Shown piece after piece: positions 1 through 10,551 of a stretch of DNA of 64,000 nt. Positions within the stretch are counted from its first letter, which is position 1; each line of letters opens with the position of its first letter. Made by a program: the position numbers and the translations under genes. The stretch is from Bacteriovoracaceae bacterium (GTDB lineage: Bacteria; Bdellovibrionota; Bacteriovoracia; Bacteriovoracales; Bacteriovoracaceae), in NCBI GenBank assembly GCA_048270185.1, contig JBLWTJ010000002.1, positions 256,001 to 320,000 on the forward strand. The letters are read 5' to 3'. Under the pieces are notes generated by a model. That model did not search any database. It worked only from the letters and a program-made list of their open reading frames with translations, and was not told the origin of the DNA.

Positions 1-43
1 ACAATTATATAAAAAATATGAATCTCATCTAAAATTTAGATAT

Positions 44-457
44 CTAATCAATATTCACGAGATGCCCATCTGTACTAGGCGACTGAGTGATTTCCCAACG
101 GTTCTTATCTGGGTCTATGAGAAGGAAACTCTTTTCTCCCCATGGATGATCTTTAGGCTCACCGCTCACATCAAAGTCAAACTTTGACTTAAGGCCCATG
201 AGATTTTGATAGAACTGATCGACATCCTCAACAGTAACACCATAAGAGACTTGAGCTGGATTATCTAATAATTCAAAATAGTTAGAAGCCTTACCTACTG
301 GTTTAAAGAAGGCCACTCGACTCTTGTCAGGAAGAACAAAGTCAGCAAAGTCCTCATTGGCAAAATGAGCATTAACACCAAAGACCTCAGTAAAGAAGTT
401 GGCCATTATTGTGACGTCTTTTGACGTAATTACGAGATGAGATAGTGCCTTTAACAT
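44..457 (-). CDS. VOC (glyoxalase/bleomycin-resistance) family protein
   Basis: 137 aa; N-terminal LSHLVI..D...FF..VFG and C-terminal PWGEKSFLLIDPDKNRWEI VOC motifs. Confidence 0.85.
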   Translation of the reverse strand: MLKALSHLVITSKDVTIMANFFTEVFGVNAHFANEDFADFVLPDKSRVAFFKPVGKASNYFELLDNPAQVSYGVTVEDVDQFYQNLMGLKSKFDFDVSGEPKDHPWGEKSFLLIDPDKNRWEITQSPSTDGHLVNID

Positions 458-575
458 GGCCCTACTTTAACATAAGTTTTAATTGACTTCCATTTGCTTT
501 AAGCATAAATCTTGCTATCCAACTTTGGTGCAGGCCTTGCGCCTTTTTGGCCTATGGGCCTAGTGAGAAATTTTA

Positions 576-1178
576 ATGAATGAATTCCAAAGAATGCTGG
601 AATCACTGAGTGAAAAACGCTACTTCGTAAGTGATACACTCATTTCAAATGAGCTAGCTCTTGCATTGCAGGACGAAGCCATGTCGCGCTTTGAAAAAGG
701 TGATTTTCATGAAGCCAAGGTTGGAAGAAATATCACTGAAAGACTAGATCAAAGAATTCGAGGCGATATCACTTCTTGGCTCGATAATGATAGTTCTAAT
801 CAAAGTCTTGCCCAACAAGAGTATTGGAAATTTCTCGACCAATTGAAAGACCTTCTAAACCCAACCTTCTATCTTGGAATAAGAAGTTTTGAAGGACACT
901 TTGCTTGTTACGATGAAGGTGCTTTCTATAAGAAACATGTCGATCAACACAGAGGAAGAGGTCTTAGACGCTTAAGTATTATTCTCTATTTAAGTGATAT
1001 GTTGGAAGGACAAGGAGGGGAACTAGTTCTTTATGACTATAATGATCATGACAAAATTCTTGATACAATACGACCAAAGCTTGGCCGTATTGCACTCTTT
1101 ATTTCAGATGATATGGCCCATGAAGTTCTTCCCTCGTTTGCTCCTCGCATTTCATTGACGGGATGGCTTAGGGCCTAG
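576..1178 (+). CDS. 2OG-Fe(II) oxygenase (SM-20/prolyl-hydroxylase-like)
   Basis: IRGD..W, FYKKHVD (HxD), distal HEV and R.SLTGW 2OG-binding motif. Confidence 0.88.
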   Translation: MNEFQRMLESLSEKRYFVSDTLISNELALALQDEAMSRFEKGDFHEAKVGRNITERLDQRIRGDITSWLDNDSSNQSLAQQEYWKFLDQLKDLLNPTFYLGIRSFEGHFACYDEGAFYKKHVDQHRGRGLRRLSIILYLSDMLEGQGGELVLYDYNDHDKILDTIRPKLGRIALFISDDMAHEVLPSFAPRISLTGWLRA

Positions 1179-1185
1179 GCTTTCT

Positions 1186-1704
1186 TTACATAAAGAAGAA
1201 AATAAGCGTTCCAAGAACAAATAGTATTGCTGTGATCTTCGCTTCTCTCTTCATCGTAAATGCAAGATAGAGTCCAGTTAAAATAATTAGTAGTAAGAAA
1301 ACTCCAACTGCTTTTTCATAATTTCTAATAAACTGAGATCCATGCCCCTTGTGAACTTCAATGAGCCTTCTTAGTAAGTTAGGAGATACATGGCTTACTT
1401 CTGTGCCACTCTCCTTAACAGTGAATTTATAATAGTCACGAGTTGTTGGACGAGTAATGGCCCCATCACCTAAATTCTTCACATAATCAAAAGAGTAATT
1501 TTCATCAATTTCATTAAGCTCAATTGCTATATTCTCTTTTGTTAAATCTGCTTTTGAGAGTTGAATCGTTTTTACAATTTTTACCTCTTCACTCCCCTTT
1601 AAATTAAAAAGATATGAAGTTCCCGTAAAGGCCATTATAAGTAAAAATGGTGCAGCAATTGCTGACAGATAAAGGTGTATTTTAATCCATGTAATTCTTT
1701 TCAT
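1186..1704 (-). CDS. PepSY-associated TM helix protein
   Basis: KIHLYLS...TG at the N-terminus, second His motif EVHKGHG, three hydrophobic segments; ATG at 1704 preferred over the longer ORF start. Confidence 0.7.
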   Translation of the reverse strand: MKRITWIKIHLYLSAIAAPFLLIMAFTGTSYLFNLKGSEEVKIVKTIQLSKADLTKENIAIELNEIDENYSFDYVKNLGDGAITRPTTRDYYKFTVKESGTEVSHVSPNLLRRLIEVHKGHGSQFIRNYEKAVGVFLLLIILTGLYLAFTMKREAKITAILFVLGTLIFFFM

Positions 1705-1714
1705 TCTATAATCC

Positions 1715-2167
1715 TTAACCTTTAATTCCACAATGCGATAATGCAGCAGGAAGTTCTAATAATTTTAATCCGATTTGATCATCCATTTTTCTTTCGATCT
1801 TTTGTGAGATTGGAAAAAAGTACATTTCAGTTGTCACAGCAACTTTCGCACTAAATAGATGTCCACCTTTACAAGAAAAATCTTCATCACCTAAAACGGT
1901 GTGAATATGAAAGAATGGTTTTCCATCAACATGAGATAAATTACCGTCAAGACTTAGAAGCTCATATTCATTCTCAAATAGCTTGCGATCATACTCTTTA
2001 CGATCAAGATGATAAAAACCTAGTTCGACTTCTTTTAAGGCACCAATTCCTTTGAGCATTCCCGCGCCAAGCTTTTCAGTCGCAGCAAACTCCTCAAGGG
2101 ACTCAAATAGGTCCTCGTCTTTAAAGAGACGAATTAAGTAGCATTCTTCTTGTTTTAGATATTTCAT
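1715..2167 (-). CDS. PPC domain (DUF296) protein
   Basis: GIGAL, ELLSLDGN, HIHTVLGD..GGHL motifs; ATG 2167 follows GGAG. Confidence 0.85.
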   Translation of the reverse strand: MKYLKQEECYLIRLFKDEDLFESLEEFAATEKLGAGMLKGIGALKEVELGFYHLDRKEYDRKLFENEYELLSLDGNLSHVDGKPFFHIHTVLGDEDFSCKGGHLFSAKVAVTTEMYFFPISQKIERKMDDQIGLKLLELPAALSHCGIKG

Positions 2168-2283
2168 ATAAGCTCCCAAAATTACAGCCTAAATTATAGC
2201 AAAATATCGATTCTTGTCCTCTTGCAGCGCACCCTGAAATCCTTGCACACCTAATTTACCCTGAAAGGAATAAATGATACTTA

Positions 2284-3021
2284 TTGCTAGTGTTTATCCG
2301 TCTACTGACCACATTAGCAACGATTCTGCTCATCCAAAGCTCTTTGGCCTCAGAGTGCTTCATCGAGCATCTCGATAATGCAATATCGAATAACCGCCAA
2401 AGGCGCCTTCAATACGCAAAGCTTACTAATGGAAAAAGTCGTAAAGTATCAAATCAATTAATATTTGCTGAAAAGATAGCAAAACTTTATGGCAAAACAC
2501 TAAGAAATAAATTAGCTCCATACCGTAAGGCAGGTATCCCAATTCTATGTCTCGACTTTATCGAGATGAGTAAGGCACCAAAGCTTATGAGTTATGATAG
2601 TCAACATGAACTCTCATATGCTGAAGTTGAAAAAGTTAATATAAAAGAAATTAAAAAAGATTTAAAAAGTCGACTTGAAAATGAAGAGTTCACTTCTATC
2701 GTTGATTATGTTGAGCAAGAGCTAACAAAAGTTGAAAAATATAGTCGCTATAATTGTATGGTAAAACATGTACTCGAATCAGTAGCACGCTCATCATTCT
2801 TAGTTCCACACTATGTAAATCATGCAAAAATAAAGAATCTAAAATCACCACTTAAATTACTCAAGAGTTATCTCAAGTATAATATCAATGCCCTTAGCTT
2901 TTCTCATTTAATCGATAAACGGGCCGTTTCTCTACAAGAGAAAGGAATTTCAATTTTATGTGGAGATGTCCCTGAAATTCCGTTAAGATTAGATTATGAG
3001 ATGGAACTTTCTAAACACTAA
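2284..3021 (+). CDS. secreted hypothetical protein
   Basis: 245 aa ORF with signal peptide-like N-terminus (..SLA-SE); no family recognised. Confidence 0.65.
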   Translation: MLVFIRLLTTLATILLIQSSLASECFIEHLDNAISNNRQRRLQYAKLTNGKSRKVSNQLIFAEKIAKLYGKTLRNKLAPYRKAGIPILCLDFIEMSKAPKLMSYDSQHELSYAEVEKVNIKEIKKDLKSRLENEEFTSIVDYVEQELTKVEKYSRYNCMVKHVLESVARSSFLVPHYVNHAKIKNLKSPLKLLKSYLKYNINALSFSHLIDKRAVSLQEKGISILCGDVPEIPLRLDYEMELSKH

Positions 3022-3889
3022 AATTGGACTTGCCCTCGGTGGAGGTGCAGCAAAAGGTATTGCTCACATTGGTGTTCTTAAGGCCTTTGAAGAAAAAAAA
3101 ATACCTATCTCTTATATTTCAGGAACAAGTGTTGGCTCAATCGTTGCCGCTTACTACGCCTTTGATAAAAGCTACGATGACTTCCTAAATCTTGCAAAAA
3201 AGCTCAATTACAAAGACACGATCAGTTTAACAATTCCCAAAAAAGGCTTCTTTAGTACGAATGCCATACGAGAAATGATTTTGAAAGACCTTGGTGATGT
3301 CAAAATTGAAGATGCACATATCCCCCTTGCTATATGTACAACTGATATTGCAACCGGAGAACAGGTCGTCTTCTACAAAGGTTCATTAGTTGATGCTATT
3401 TGTGCTTCGATTTGTGTTCCTGGAGCTTTCATTCCGCAAGTTATTGAAGGCAGAACTCTTGTCGATGGTGGTATAACAGAGAATGTTCCTGTCTCGCCTC
3501 TTGAGGATATGGGAGCAGGAATTATCGTTGCAGTCGATCTTAATGGCGTACAAAAATATCAAGAACCAGATGATACATTTGCTATTATTAGTAATGCCAT
3601 GGATATTGCTATCGACCTTCGAACACGAGAACAAATTGAAGATGCAGATATCATTCTCTCTCTCGACTTAAGCCGATACAATCGCCTCGACAACTCAAAA
3701 TGTATAGAGGAGCTTATCGAAGAAGGCTATAGACCGATGACGGAAAGTCTCTCTGAGCTTTTCTGGTATCGTAAAGCAAGTTATATTGAATTTATTAAGA
3801 AATTATTCGTGGAGTTTGTTCCTTTTAAGGTTCCAAAAGTTATAAGTCGAATCTACAAAGAAAAACTAGCACGAATTACAATTAAATAG
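2996..3889 (+). CDS. patatin-like phospholipase (RssA/NTE family)
   Basis: LALGGGAAKGIAHIGV, GTSVG nucleophile motif, DGG catalytic motif. Confidence 0.92.
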   Translation: MRWNFLNTKIGLALGGGAAKGIAHIGVLKAFEEKKIPISYISGTSVGSIVAAYYAFDKSYDDFLNLAKKLNYKDTISLTIPKKGFFSTNAIREMILKDLGDVKIEDAHIPLAICTTDIATGEQVVFYKGSLVDAICASICVPGAFIPQVIEGRTLVDGGITENVPVSPLEDMGAGIIVAVDLNGVQKYQEPDDTFAIISNAMDIAIDLRTREQIEDADIILSLDLSRYNRLDNSKCIEELIEEGYRPMTESLSELFWYRKASYIEFIKKLFVEFVPFKVPKVISRIYKEKLARITIK

Positions 3890-3902
3890 ATGGAGTTAAA
3901 TT

Positions 3903-4772
3903 TTGATTGATTTTAATCGTATTTTTAAACTACTAACAGGTAAGCTTAGCGTTTGGTATGAAGCTTCAATCAAAAGTATCCCAAACTTCATTGTTGCAAT
4001 AATTGTTCTCATTACTTTTTACTTCATCGCAAAAGCAATGAAAGATTTAGTCAAAAGAGTTTTACCAAAGATTTCATATAAAAGGTCTGTTAACGAAATT
4101 CTTGGAACAACAACTTTTATCCTAGTTGTCATTCTAGGTATTTTTACTGCCCTTGAAATAATGGGACTTGAAAAAACTGTTACTTCGATCCTTGCAGGGG
4201 CCGGGGTACTAGGTCTTGCTCTTGGTTTTGCTTTTCAAGAGATTGCTGCAAACTTCGTTTCAGGTGTTCTAATAGCCTTTCGCGAACCTTATCAGATTGG
4301 TGATATTATTGAAATTGACTCTTATATTGGAGAAGTAACTAATATTGAACTTAGGACGACGGGAATAACAACTTTTCAAGGCCTTGAAGTTTTTATTCCA
4401 AATAAGGATATGTTTACGAAGCCATTTATCAACTACACTAGTACGCCAAGGCGTCGTGTTGATATATCAGTTGGTGTTACTTATGATGCCGATCTTGAAC
4501 ATGTCACTAAAGTAACAAAATCTGCACTTGAAGAAATTCCATCTCGAATTAAAAATGTTGATGTTGAAGTATTCTTTTCAGACTTTGGAGACAGCTCTAT
4601 CAATCTAACGGCAAGAGTATGGATTCACTATCTAAATGGTGGCACTTATTTTCAAGCAAGACATGATGCTATTATCGGAATCAAAAAAGCTTTTGATAAT
4701 AATGGTATCACTATTCCATTCCCTATTAGAACGCTTGAATTTGGAAATAGCCTTGACCTTAAAAAAAATTAA
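3903..4772 (+). CDS. mscS: small-conductance mechanosensitive channel (MscS family)
   Basis: AGAGVLGLALGFAFQ, PYQIGD, IPN, FGDSSIN, ITIPFP motifs. Confidence 0.9.
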   Translation: MIDFNRIFKLLTGKLSVWYEASIKSIPNFIVAIIVLITFYFIAKAMKDLVKRVLPKISYKRSVNEILGTTTFILVVILGIFTALEIMGLEKTVTSILAGAGVLGLALGFAFQEIAANFVSGVLIAFREPYQIGDIIEIDSYIGEVTNIELRTTGITTFQGLEVFIPNKDMFTKPFINYTSTPRRRVDISVGVTYDADLEHVTKVTKSALEEIPSRIKNVDVEVFFSDFGDSSINLTARVWIHYLNGGTYFQARHDAIIGIKKAFDNNGITIPFPIRTLEFGNSLDLKKN

Positions 4773-5707
4773 AAGGGAGAGCTAGCTTCGCACATTGATT
4801 GCCAGCCTTTTACTTCTTTTAAGACTTTGTTGTGATCTTTTTCACAATCAGTGATTGGAACGTAAGAATAATAGAGAGATCCTCCTGTGATCTTCTCCAT
4901 TAGTGCTCGACCTTGCTTCGGAACAAAAGCAGGGCAACCGTAACTTCGCCCCATAACTGATCCTTCATTATAGTAAGCTTCATGCATGACAACACCTTGG
5001 GCCCTCGATTTATCGTTAACTCCAGAAACAAGTCCATCCAGTTTCATCCCATTGTAGCTACGGCCACCAACATTAAATGTTGGCCAACCAGAGCGTCCTT
5101 TGACTTTTTCGTCGTGAGATTGAGACATATAAAACTCTCCAGTTTTAAAGAAACCAGGCCTTGTTAATGCCCACTGACTATGAACTTTCTTAGTAGTATA
5201 TTGCTCAGGGATACGACATCTCTTCATCATTCCATTATGATTTGAGTTTGTTGTTACTTTACCATTTTTAATTGTTGCATCAGCAAATCTAATCTTTCCT
5301 ACTTTTCCGCTACCGTGAGAAACTTTCTTTAATTCAACTTCGCCAGTTTCCATATTAAGTAGAAAAAAACGTTTATTCTTTGAGTTTTGTGAGTAATCAG
5401 CGATTGAAATATATTTTTGGTTTTTAAACTTTGATTTATTATTTTGAAAGTACATTAAAGCTTGCTTGAGAGCATTCTTAGGAACGCCATTATATAAGAA
5501 CTTTCCGTAATGGCGACATTCTTTAGGGGCAACCTTTTCAACCACCTTTAAGGCGTCATCAATCGCCATTTCTATTTTATCTATTTCACTTTGATCAATC
5601 CCATTCATACAGCCCGATTGAGTGGCAGAAAATTGATTTGGGGCAACAGCAAAAGACCATGATTGAATAAGAATCAAAGCAAGAAATGATTTCAAAGCTA
5701 CCCCCAC
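4769..5707 (-). CDS. secreted murein L,D-transpeptidase catalytic-domain protein (YkuD_2 type)
   Basis: IADYSQNSKNKRFFLL, VSHGSG, GVVMHEAYY and GRSYGCPA (catalytic His/Cys); signal peptide. Confidence 0.82.
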   Translation of the reverse strand: MGVALKSFLALILIQSWSFAVAPNQFSATQSGCMNGIDQSEIDKIEMAIDDALKVVEKVAPKECRHYGKFLYNGVPKNALKQALMYFQNNKSKFKNQKYISIADYSQNSKNKRFFLLNMETGEVELKKVSHGSGKVGKIRFADATIKNGKVTTNSNHNGMMKRCRIPEQYTTKKVHSQWALTRPGFFKTGEFYMSQSHDEKVKGRSGWPTFNVGGRSYNGMKLDGLVSGVNDKSRAQGVVMHEAYYNEGSVMGRSYGCPAFVPKQGRALMEKITGGSLYYSYVPITDCEKDHNKVLKEVKGWQSMCEASSPF

Positions 5708-5725
5708 AATATAAATACGAATACC

Positions 5726-5753
5726 TTATCGACACACTCAACTACTTTCTTTA
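5726..5753 (-). promoter_or_regulatory. putative sigma28 (FliA) promoter of the L,D-transpeptidase
   Basis: TAAA-N16-GTCGATAA versus consensus TAAA-N15-GCCGATAA. Confidence 0.6.
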
Positions 5754-5780
5754 ATATAAATTAATAAGTGCCTAATATAA

Positions 5781-7199
5781 CTACGAAAGGCCCCCATCTT
5801 CTGTTATCGTCTCTTCGATAACTCGCCTTTCTTCATCTGTAATTGGGTCCTCAGTTAGATTCTTAATCCATCGATTCTTTTTAATAATAACAATAGCAAT
5901 CGTGGCACCAAGAATATTTCCAACGACAAATGACCAGTAAATACCTACCTGTCCTAGCGCTGTATGCTTTGAAAGAATATAAGCAATTGGAAAACGAATC
6001 ACCCAAAGAGAGACGATGGCAACCATCATTGAAATCATTGGACTCCCTCCTCCTCTCATGGCACCAGAGGCAACTTGTTGAACACCAATGAGTCCAAAAG
6101 TTAAGGCGATAATTCGAATAAAAACGACGCCTTCATTAATAACCTCAATTTCATTTGGAACAAAAATTTGTAGTGTTTGTTTAGCAAAAATGAAGAATGC
6201 AATTCCTGCAATGGTTAAAGAGATAAAAATCACCCATAAAGAAGTCTTTGTAATTTCTTTTGTTCGCTCGATCTGACCAGCTCCAATATTTTGTCCAACT
6301 AAGGCAGAAGTGGCCATTGCAAAACCAAGGCTTGGAATGATCATAAATGTAAGGACGCGAATACCTATTCCATAAGCTGCAAGAGCAATATCCCCAAACG
6401 TTGCAATAAGAAAAGTCATTACCATCATGGCCATGGCACGTGATGATTGTTCAGCCGAGGCAGGAAATCCAAGATTAATAATTTTCTTAATCAAACTGAG
6501 ATCAATTTGAATTTGGCGAAAATGTATCTTTATCCCTCCCTTACCTTTGGCAAGGAGATAGAGCCCAATAACCGCTGCAATCCCTTGTGTGATTACGGTA
6601 GCGTAAGCTGCACCATCAACACCATATGCTTTAATAGGTCCCCACCCCATAATAAGTATAGGATCGAGTGCAAAATTCATCAGCACAGTGATTAGCACAA
6701 TATAGAAAGGAGTTTTAACATCTCCAACTCCACGGTAAAGAGATTGGAACATCATATATAGATAGCTAAAGATCAATCCAATAAACGAGATCCTTAAATA
6801 TGAAACTGTTAGCCTTACTATCTCTTGATTTGGAGACATGGCGGAAATGACATAAGGAATAACATAGTATGCAATACCGGCCAGTAAAATCGAAGTTGTT
6901 AGAATGATTAGTAGAGTATGCAAACAAACCTTGGAAACCATTCTTGTGTTTCGTTGGCCAGTATATTGTGAAACAAGAATCGTACCACTAACAGCGAAAC
7001 CTGCTCCCATAGAAATCAAGAGAAAGATAACAGGAAATGATAGAGATAAGGAAGCAATAGCATTTGTCCCTAATCGACCAACCCAAAATGTATCTGTTAA
7101 CTGATAGGCCGTTTGAAGAAAGTTGGCCATGACAATAGGAATAGAAAGTTTAAATAAAGACTTTATGACTGAGCCTTGAGTGAGGTCGCTTGTTTTCAC
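5781..7199 (-). CDS. MATE family efflux transporter
   Basis: DLTQG..LFKLSIP, DTFWVGRLG, GDVKTP, GAAYAT, VGQNIGA; about 12 TM segments. Confidence 0.93.
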   Translation of the reverse strand: MKTSDLTQGSVIKSLFKLSIPIVMANFLQTAYQLTDTFWVGRLGTNAIASLSLSFPVIFLLISMGAGFAVSGTILVSQYTGQRNTRMVSKVCLHTLLIILTTSILLAGIAYYVIPYVISAMSPNQEIVRLTVSYLRISFIGLIFSYLYMMFQSLYRGVGDVKTPFYIVLITVLMNFALDPILIMGWGPIKAYGVDGAAYATVITQGIAAVIGLYLLAKGKGGIKIHFRQIQIDLSLIKKIINLGFPASAEQSSRAMAMMVMTFLIATFGDIALAAYGIGIRVLTFMIIPSLGFAMATSALVGQNIGAGQIERTKEITKTSLWVIFISLTIAGIAFFIFAKQTLQIFVPNEIEVINEGVVFIRIIALTFGLIGVQQVASGAMRGGGSPMISMMVAIVSLWVIRFPIAYILSKHTALGQVGIYWSFVVGNILGATIAIVIIKKNRWIKNLTEDPITDEERRVIEETITEDGGLS

Positions 7200-7218
7200 A
7201 AATCTCCTTTTGCTCTAA

Positions 7219-8733
7219 TTAAGCAGCATGTAACTCCTTTGTATCATCAACCTCATCATCTAATTCTTCAATCTTTTTTTTTACAAAACATTCCCCAGCA
7301 CGTTCAATATCCTCTTTTAGTTTAGTCACTAAAAGAATTTTATCACCTTTCTCAAAAACCGTGGCCCCATCAGGGATAATAAACGCACCGTGCCTCTTAA
7401 TAAAGAGAACAATTGCTCCACTTGGAAGCCTTAAATCAACAACACGTTGATCAACAGCAAAATCAGTTGGTCGAATTTCAAGTTGAACAATACCATGCTT
7501 TGTTTGCTCAAGAAGTTCCATATCGACGGGAAAATTAGCATCATCTTCAATATCTGTTATGAGCCCTAATTTTCTCGCAACGGTCTTTAAGGTAGAGCCT
7601 TGCATAAGGGCCGAAGTAATAACGACAAAGAAAACTATATCAAAAAGAGTATGGGCCTTATCCCCCATGTGTGTAGCGGCAAAACTAGCAAAGACAATTG
7701 GAGTAGCTCCCTTTAGTCCCGCCCAAGAAATAAAAATCTTTTCATTCAAATTAAAACGACTTTTAATCAAGCAAAGAAAAACAGTTATTGGCCTTGCGGC
7801 AAAAGTTAAAAAACATGCTATAAAAAGTCCAATAGGAGCAACGGCAAGAAGTCGACTTGGATAAACGAGTAATCCTAACATGATAAAGAGACCTATTTGC
7901 GATAGCCACGTTACTCCGTCAAAGAATAATGTCAGTAGATTCTTGTGAAGAATCTTACGGTTTCCAATCATCATTCCAAAAATATAAACCGCTAAGAAAC
8001 CGTTTCCACCAAGTTTTGTTGTAACGGAATATCCAAAAAATAAAGCTGCCATTGTTAAGGGCGGATAAAGTCCATTAAAATCTAACTTCACAGCATTATT
8101 AATTGTAATAAAAATATGAGAGATGGCCCAACCACCAATCAAACCAATCACTGGATTTGAAATAAATAAGAAGGCCGTGTCCTTAACATCACCTATTCCC
8201 TGCTCAATAAAACCAAGGAGAACTGAAACAAGAAAATAGGCCATTGGATCATTACTTCCCGACTCAAATCTTAGAATATTTTTGACATCCCCAACTTGGG
8301 CCTTTGGGTCCTTAAATGCAGAGAAAACAGCTGCTGCATCAGTTGCAGACAGAATCGCTCCAATGAGCATTGATTCTAATAGACCAATATTTGTTATAAA
8401 GTGAGTAAAACCACCCACTAGTAAAGTAGTTAGAATAATTCCAACAGATGAGAGAAGTACACCTCGGCCAAAGTCTTTCTTGATTTTACTGAAGGGAGTT
8501 TCAAATCCCCCACTAAAAATGATGAGGCATAGAGCCACAAGACTTAAAGAATGAGTTAATTCATAGTTTTCAAAATTGATTCCACCAATACCCTCAGATC
8601 CGGCCACCATTCCTATAATGAGGAATAGTACTAGTACTGGTAGTCCAAATCGACTTGATGATTTACTAAGAACAATGCTTAGAAGCAGTAAAATCGAAGA
8701 ACCTAATAAGAAATTGTTTAAAACCTGCTCCAT
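7219..8733 (-). CDS. cvrA: K+/H+ antiporter (CPA1, NhaP2/CvrA type) with C-terminal TrkA_C domain
   Basis: SATDAAAVF, ESGSNDPMA, GGNGFLAVY, WAGLKGATPIV motifs. Confidence 0.9.
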   Translation of the reverse strand: MEQVLNNFLLGSSILLLLSIVLSKSSSRFGLPVLVLFLIIGMVAGSEGIGGINFENYELTHSLSLVALCLIIFSGGFETPFSKIKKDFGRGVLLSSVGIILTTLLVGGFTHFITNIGLLESMLIGAILSATDAAAVFSAFKDPKAQVGDVKNILRFESGSNDPMAYFLVSVLLGFIEQGIGDVKDTAFLFISNPVIGLIGGWAISHIFITINNAVKLDFNGLYPPLTMAALFFGYSVTTKLGGNGFLAVYIFGMMIGNRKILHKNLLTLFFDGVTWLSQIGLFIMLGLLVYPSRLLAVAPIGLFIACFLTFAARPITVFLCLIKSRFNLNEKIFISWAGLKGATPIVFASFAATHMGDKAHTLFDIVFFVVITSALMQGSTLKTVARKLGLITDIEDDANFPVDMELLEQTKHGIVQLEIRPTDFAVDQRVVDLRLPSGAIVLFIKRHGAFIIPDGATVFEKGDKILLVTKLKEDIERAGECFVKKKIEELDDEVDDTKELHAA

Positions 8734-8742
8734 ATGGGCAAC

Positions 8743-8769
8743 TTATCGGAATTAGGGCAGAAAACTTTA
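8743..8769 (-). promoter_or_regulatory. putative sigma28 promoter of cvrA
   Basis: TAAA-N15-TCCGATAA, ending 9 nt before the ATG. Confidence 0.7.
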
Positions 8770-8927
8770 GCAAAAAAGTAGGTTTTCCTTGAGATTTATT
8801 TCTTAATTTCATACTTACTTTACGACTTGAAATCAGCAACGTATTAATGGATTAAATAAAAGTTTATGACCAAAGGTTTCATGAGTATTTGTGGTAGTAT
8901 TGGTAGTAATAAACAAATCGAGTTTTA

Positions 8928-9581
8928 ATGAAGAATTTAGAAATTATTGAAAAATATTGTCTCGAAAAATCTGATAAGCCAAGTGAACTTTGTATTGAGC
9001 TAGGTGATTATACAAAAGAAAATCACCCTCTAGGCCGAATGATTTCAGGAGAGCTTGTTGCCTCTCTTCTCGGATTCTTTATCCGCTCTAATAATTATAA
9101 GAATATCTTAGAAATTGGTACCTTCACTGGTTACTCTGCTTTGGCCATGGCCGAAAATATTCCAGCAGATGGAGTTCTTATTACTATTGATAAGAATAAA
9201 AAAATCAACTCCTTTGCAAAATCCTACTGGGATAAAAGTGAACACGGTAAGAAAATCACAGCTCTTTTTGGCGATGCCAATCTTGTTTTAAATGACTTAT
9301 CAGACAAAAAATTTGATCTCGTCTTTATTGATGCCGACAAAGGAAGCTATAAGAACTACCTAGAGAGTTCTCTTAAATTACTTAGTGAAAATGGAATGAT
9401 CGTAGTGGATAATGTACTCTGGAATGGGAAAGTCACTTCAACAGATGTCGATCCAGAAGATAAGACGACAAATGCTCTCATTGCTTTTAATGATTATATT
9501 GAATCACGAACAGATCTTTATAAAACAATGTTGCCTATTCGCGATGGACTCTATCTTATTCAGAAATATAAATCTGTTTAA
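8928..9581 (+). CDS. class I SAM-dependent O-methyltransferase (caffeoyl-CoA OMT-like)
   Basis: LEIGTFTGYSAL, FDLVFIDADK, VDNVLW.G, PIRDG motifs. Confidence 0.92.
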   Translation: MKNLEIIEKYCLEKSDKPSELCIELGDYTKENHPLGRMISGELVASLLGFFIRSNNYKNILEIGTFTGYSALAMAENIPADGVLITIDKNKKINSFAKSYWDKSEHGKKITALFGDANLVLNDLSDKKFDLVFIDADKGSYKNYLESSLKLLSENGMIVVDNVLWNGKVTSTDVDPEDKTTNALIAFNDYIESRTDLYKTMLPIRDGLYLIQKYKSV

Positions 9582-10551
9582 AATCTTCTTTCATACTAAT
9601 AATATCAATAGAGTACTTACTTGCCTGATCAAGGATCTTATCAAGTTTACCAACGTGAGAATTTCTATCATAAGAAAATTCTCTCTTTTCGTCATCGTGA
9701 TGAATAATTCCAATAAAGAACTTATACTTTGAATTTAATGCAGTGTGCTTGGCCATTGCAAAGTCACCATCAGAATTACCAAGGACGAAGACAGGAACTT
9801 TACCAATCAACTCCAAGATATTAATGGCCTTACCATCTTTATCATTATTAAACGTCATTTTTGCTTCTCTTTTAAAGACAAGTTTACCCTCTTCAGAGAA
9901 TGTCTTTCCAAAGCGAGAACCAAATACTTGATATGAAGGAAGGTGATAAACCTTGCTATTAAGAACTCGAGCAAATTGAGTTCCCCCACCAGTGACCATA
10001 AAGACTTTAAAATTAAACTCTTGTAATAAGTTAAGAAGTTCAACGCTTGGGGCATAGGCCATGTCGATATATCTCTTATTCACTTTCGGGTGTTTATTCG
10101 TATCAAGCCATTTTGACATATATTCGATATATTCTTCATTTGAGTTTGCAGCCTGAGTTGTTAATAATGCCTGAACTAACTCATTCATATCTTTCACATT
10201 TGGGTAATTCATGATGACCTTATCAACAACTGGATCAGCTTTCTTATACTTGCCAACTGTTACATCTTTATAGAAGTCAACAAGGGCATTGACTTGCACA
10301 TAACTTGGAAACTCACCCCATAGTGTTCCATCATTATCAAAGACAGCGATACGGTCTTCCAAAGGAATAAAGTTCTTCGAATTCTTATTTGAAACATCTT
10401 CGAGATAATTGATTAACCTCTGAGTCGTCTTTGTATTATTCCAATATTTCAGTTCTGCTTTAGGTAATCGAGAGCTTTGACATGAGCATAGTAGACTAGT
10501 AAGAATGACTAGTAACAAAAGATTTAACTTCATAAGAATTTCCTTATTCAA
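9556..10551 (-). CDS. HAD-family phosphatase, probable lipoprotein
   Basis: IAVFDNDGTLW (motif I), VTGG, GNSDGD (motif IV); LLCSC lipobox-like segment. Confidence 0.85.
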   Translation of the reverse strand: MNKEILMKLNLLLLVILTSLLCSCQSSRLPKAELKYWNNTKTTQRLINYLEDVSNKNSKNFIPLEDRIAVFDNDGTLWGEFPSYVQVNALVDFYKDVTVGKYKKADPVVDKVIMNYPNVKDMNELVQALLTTQAANSNEEYIEYMSKWLDTNKHPKVNKRYIDMAYAPSVELLNLLQEFNFKVFMVTGGGTQFARVLNSKVYHLPSYQVFGSRFGKTFSEEGKLVFKREAKMTFNNDKDGKAINILELIGKVPVFVLGNSDGDFAMAKHTALNSKYKFFIGIIHHDDEKREFSYDRNSHVGKLDKILDQASKYSIDIISMKEDFKQIYISE

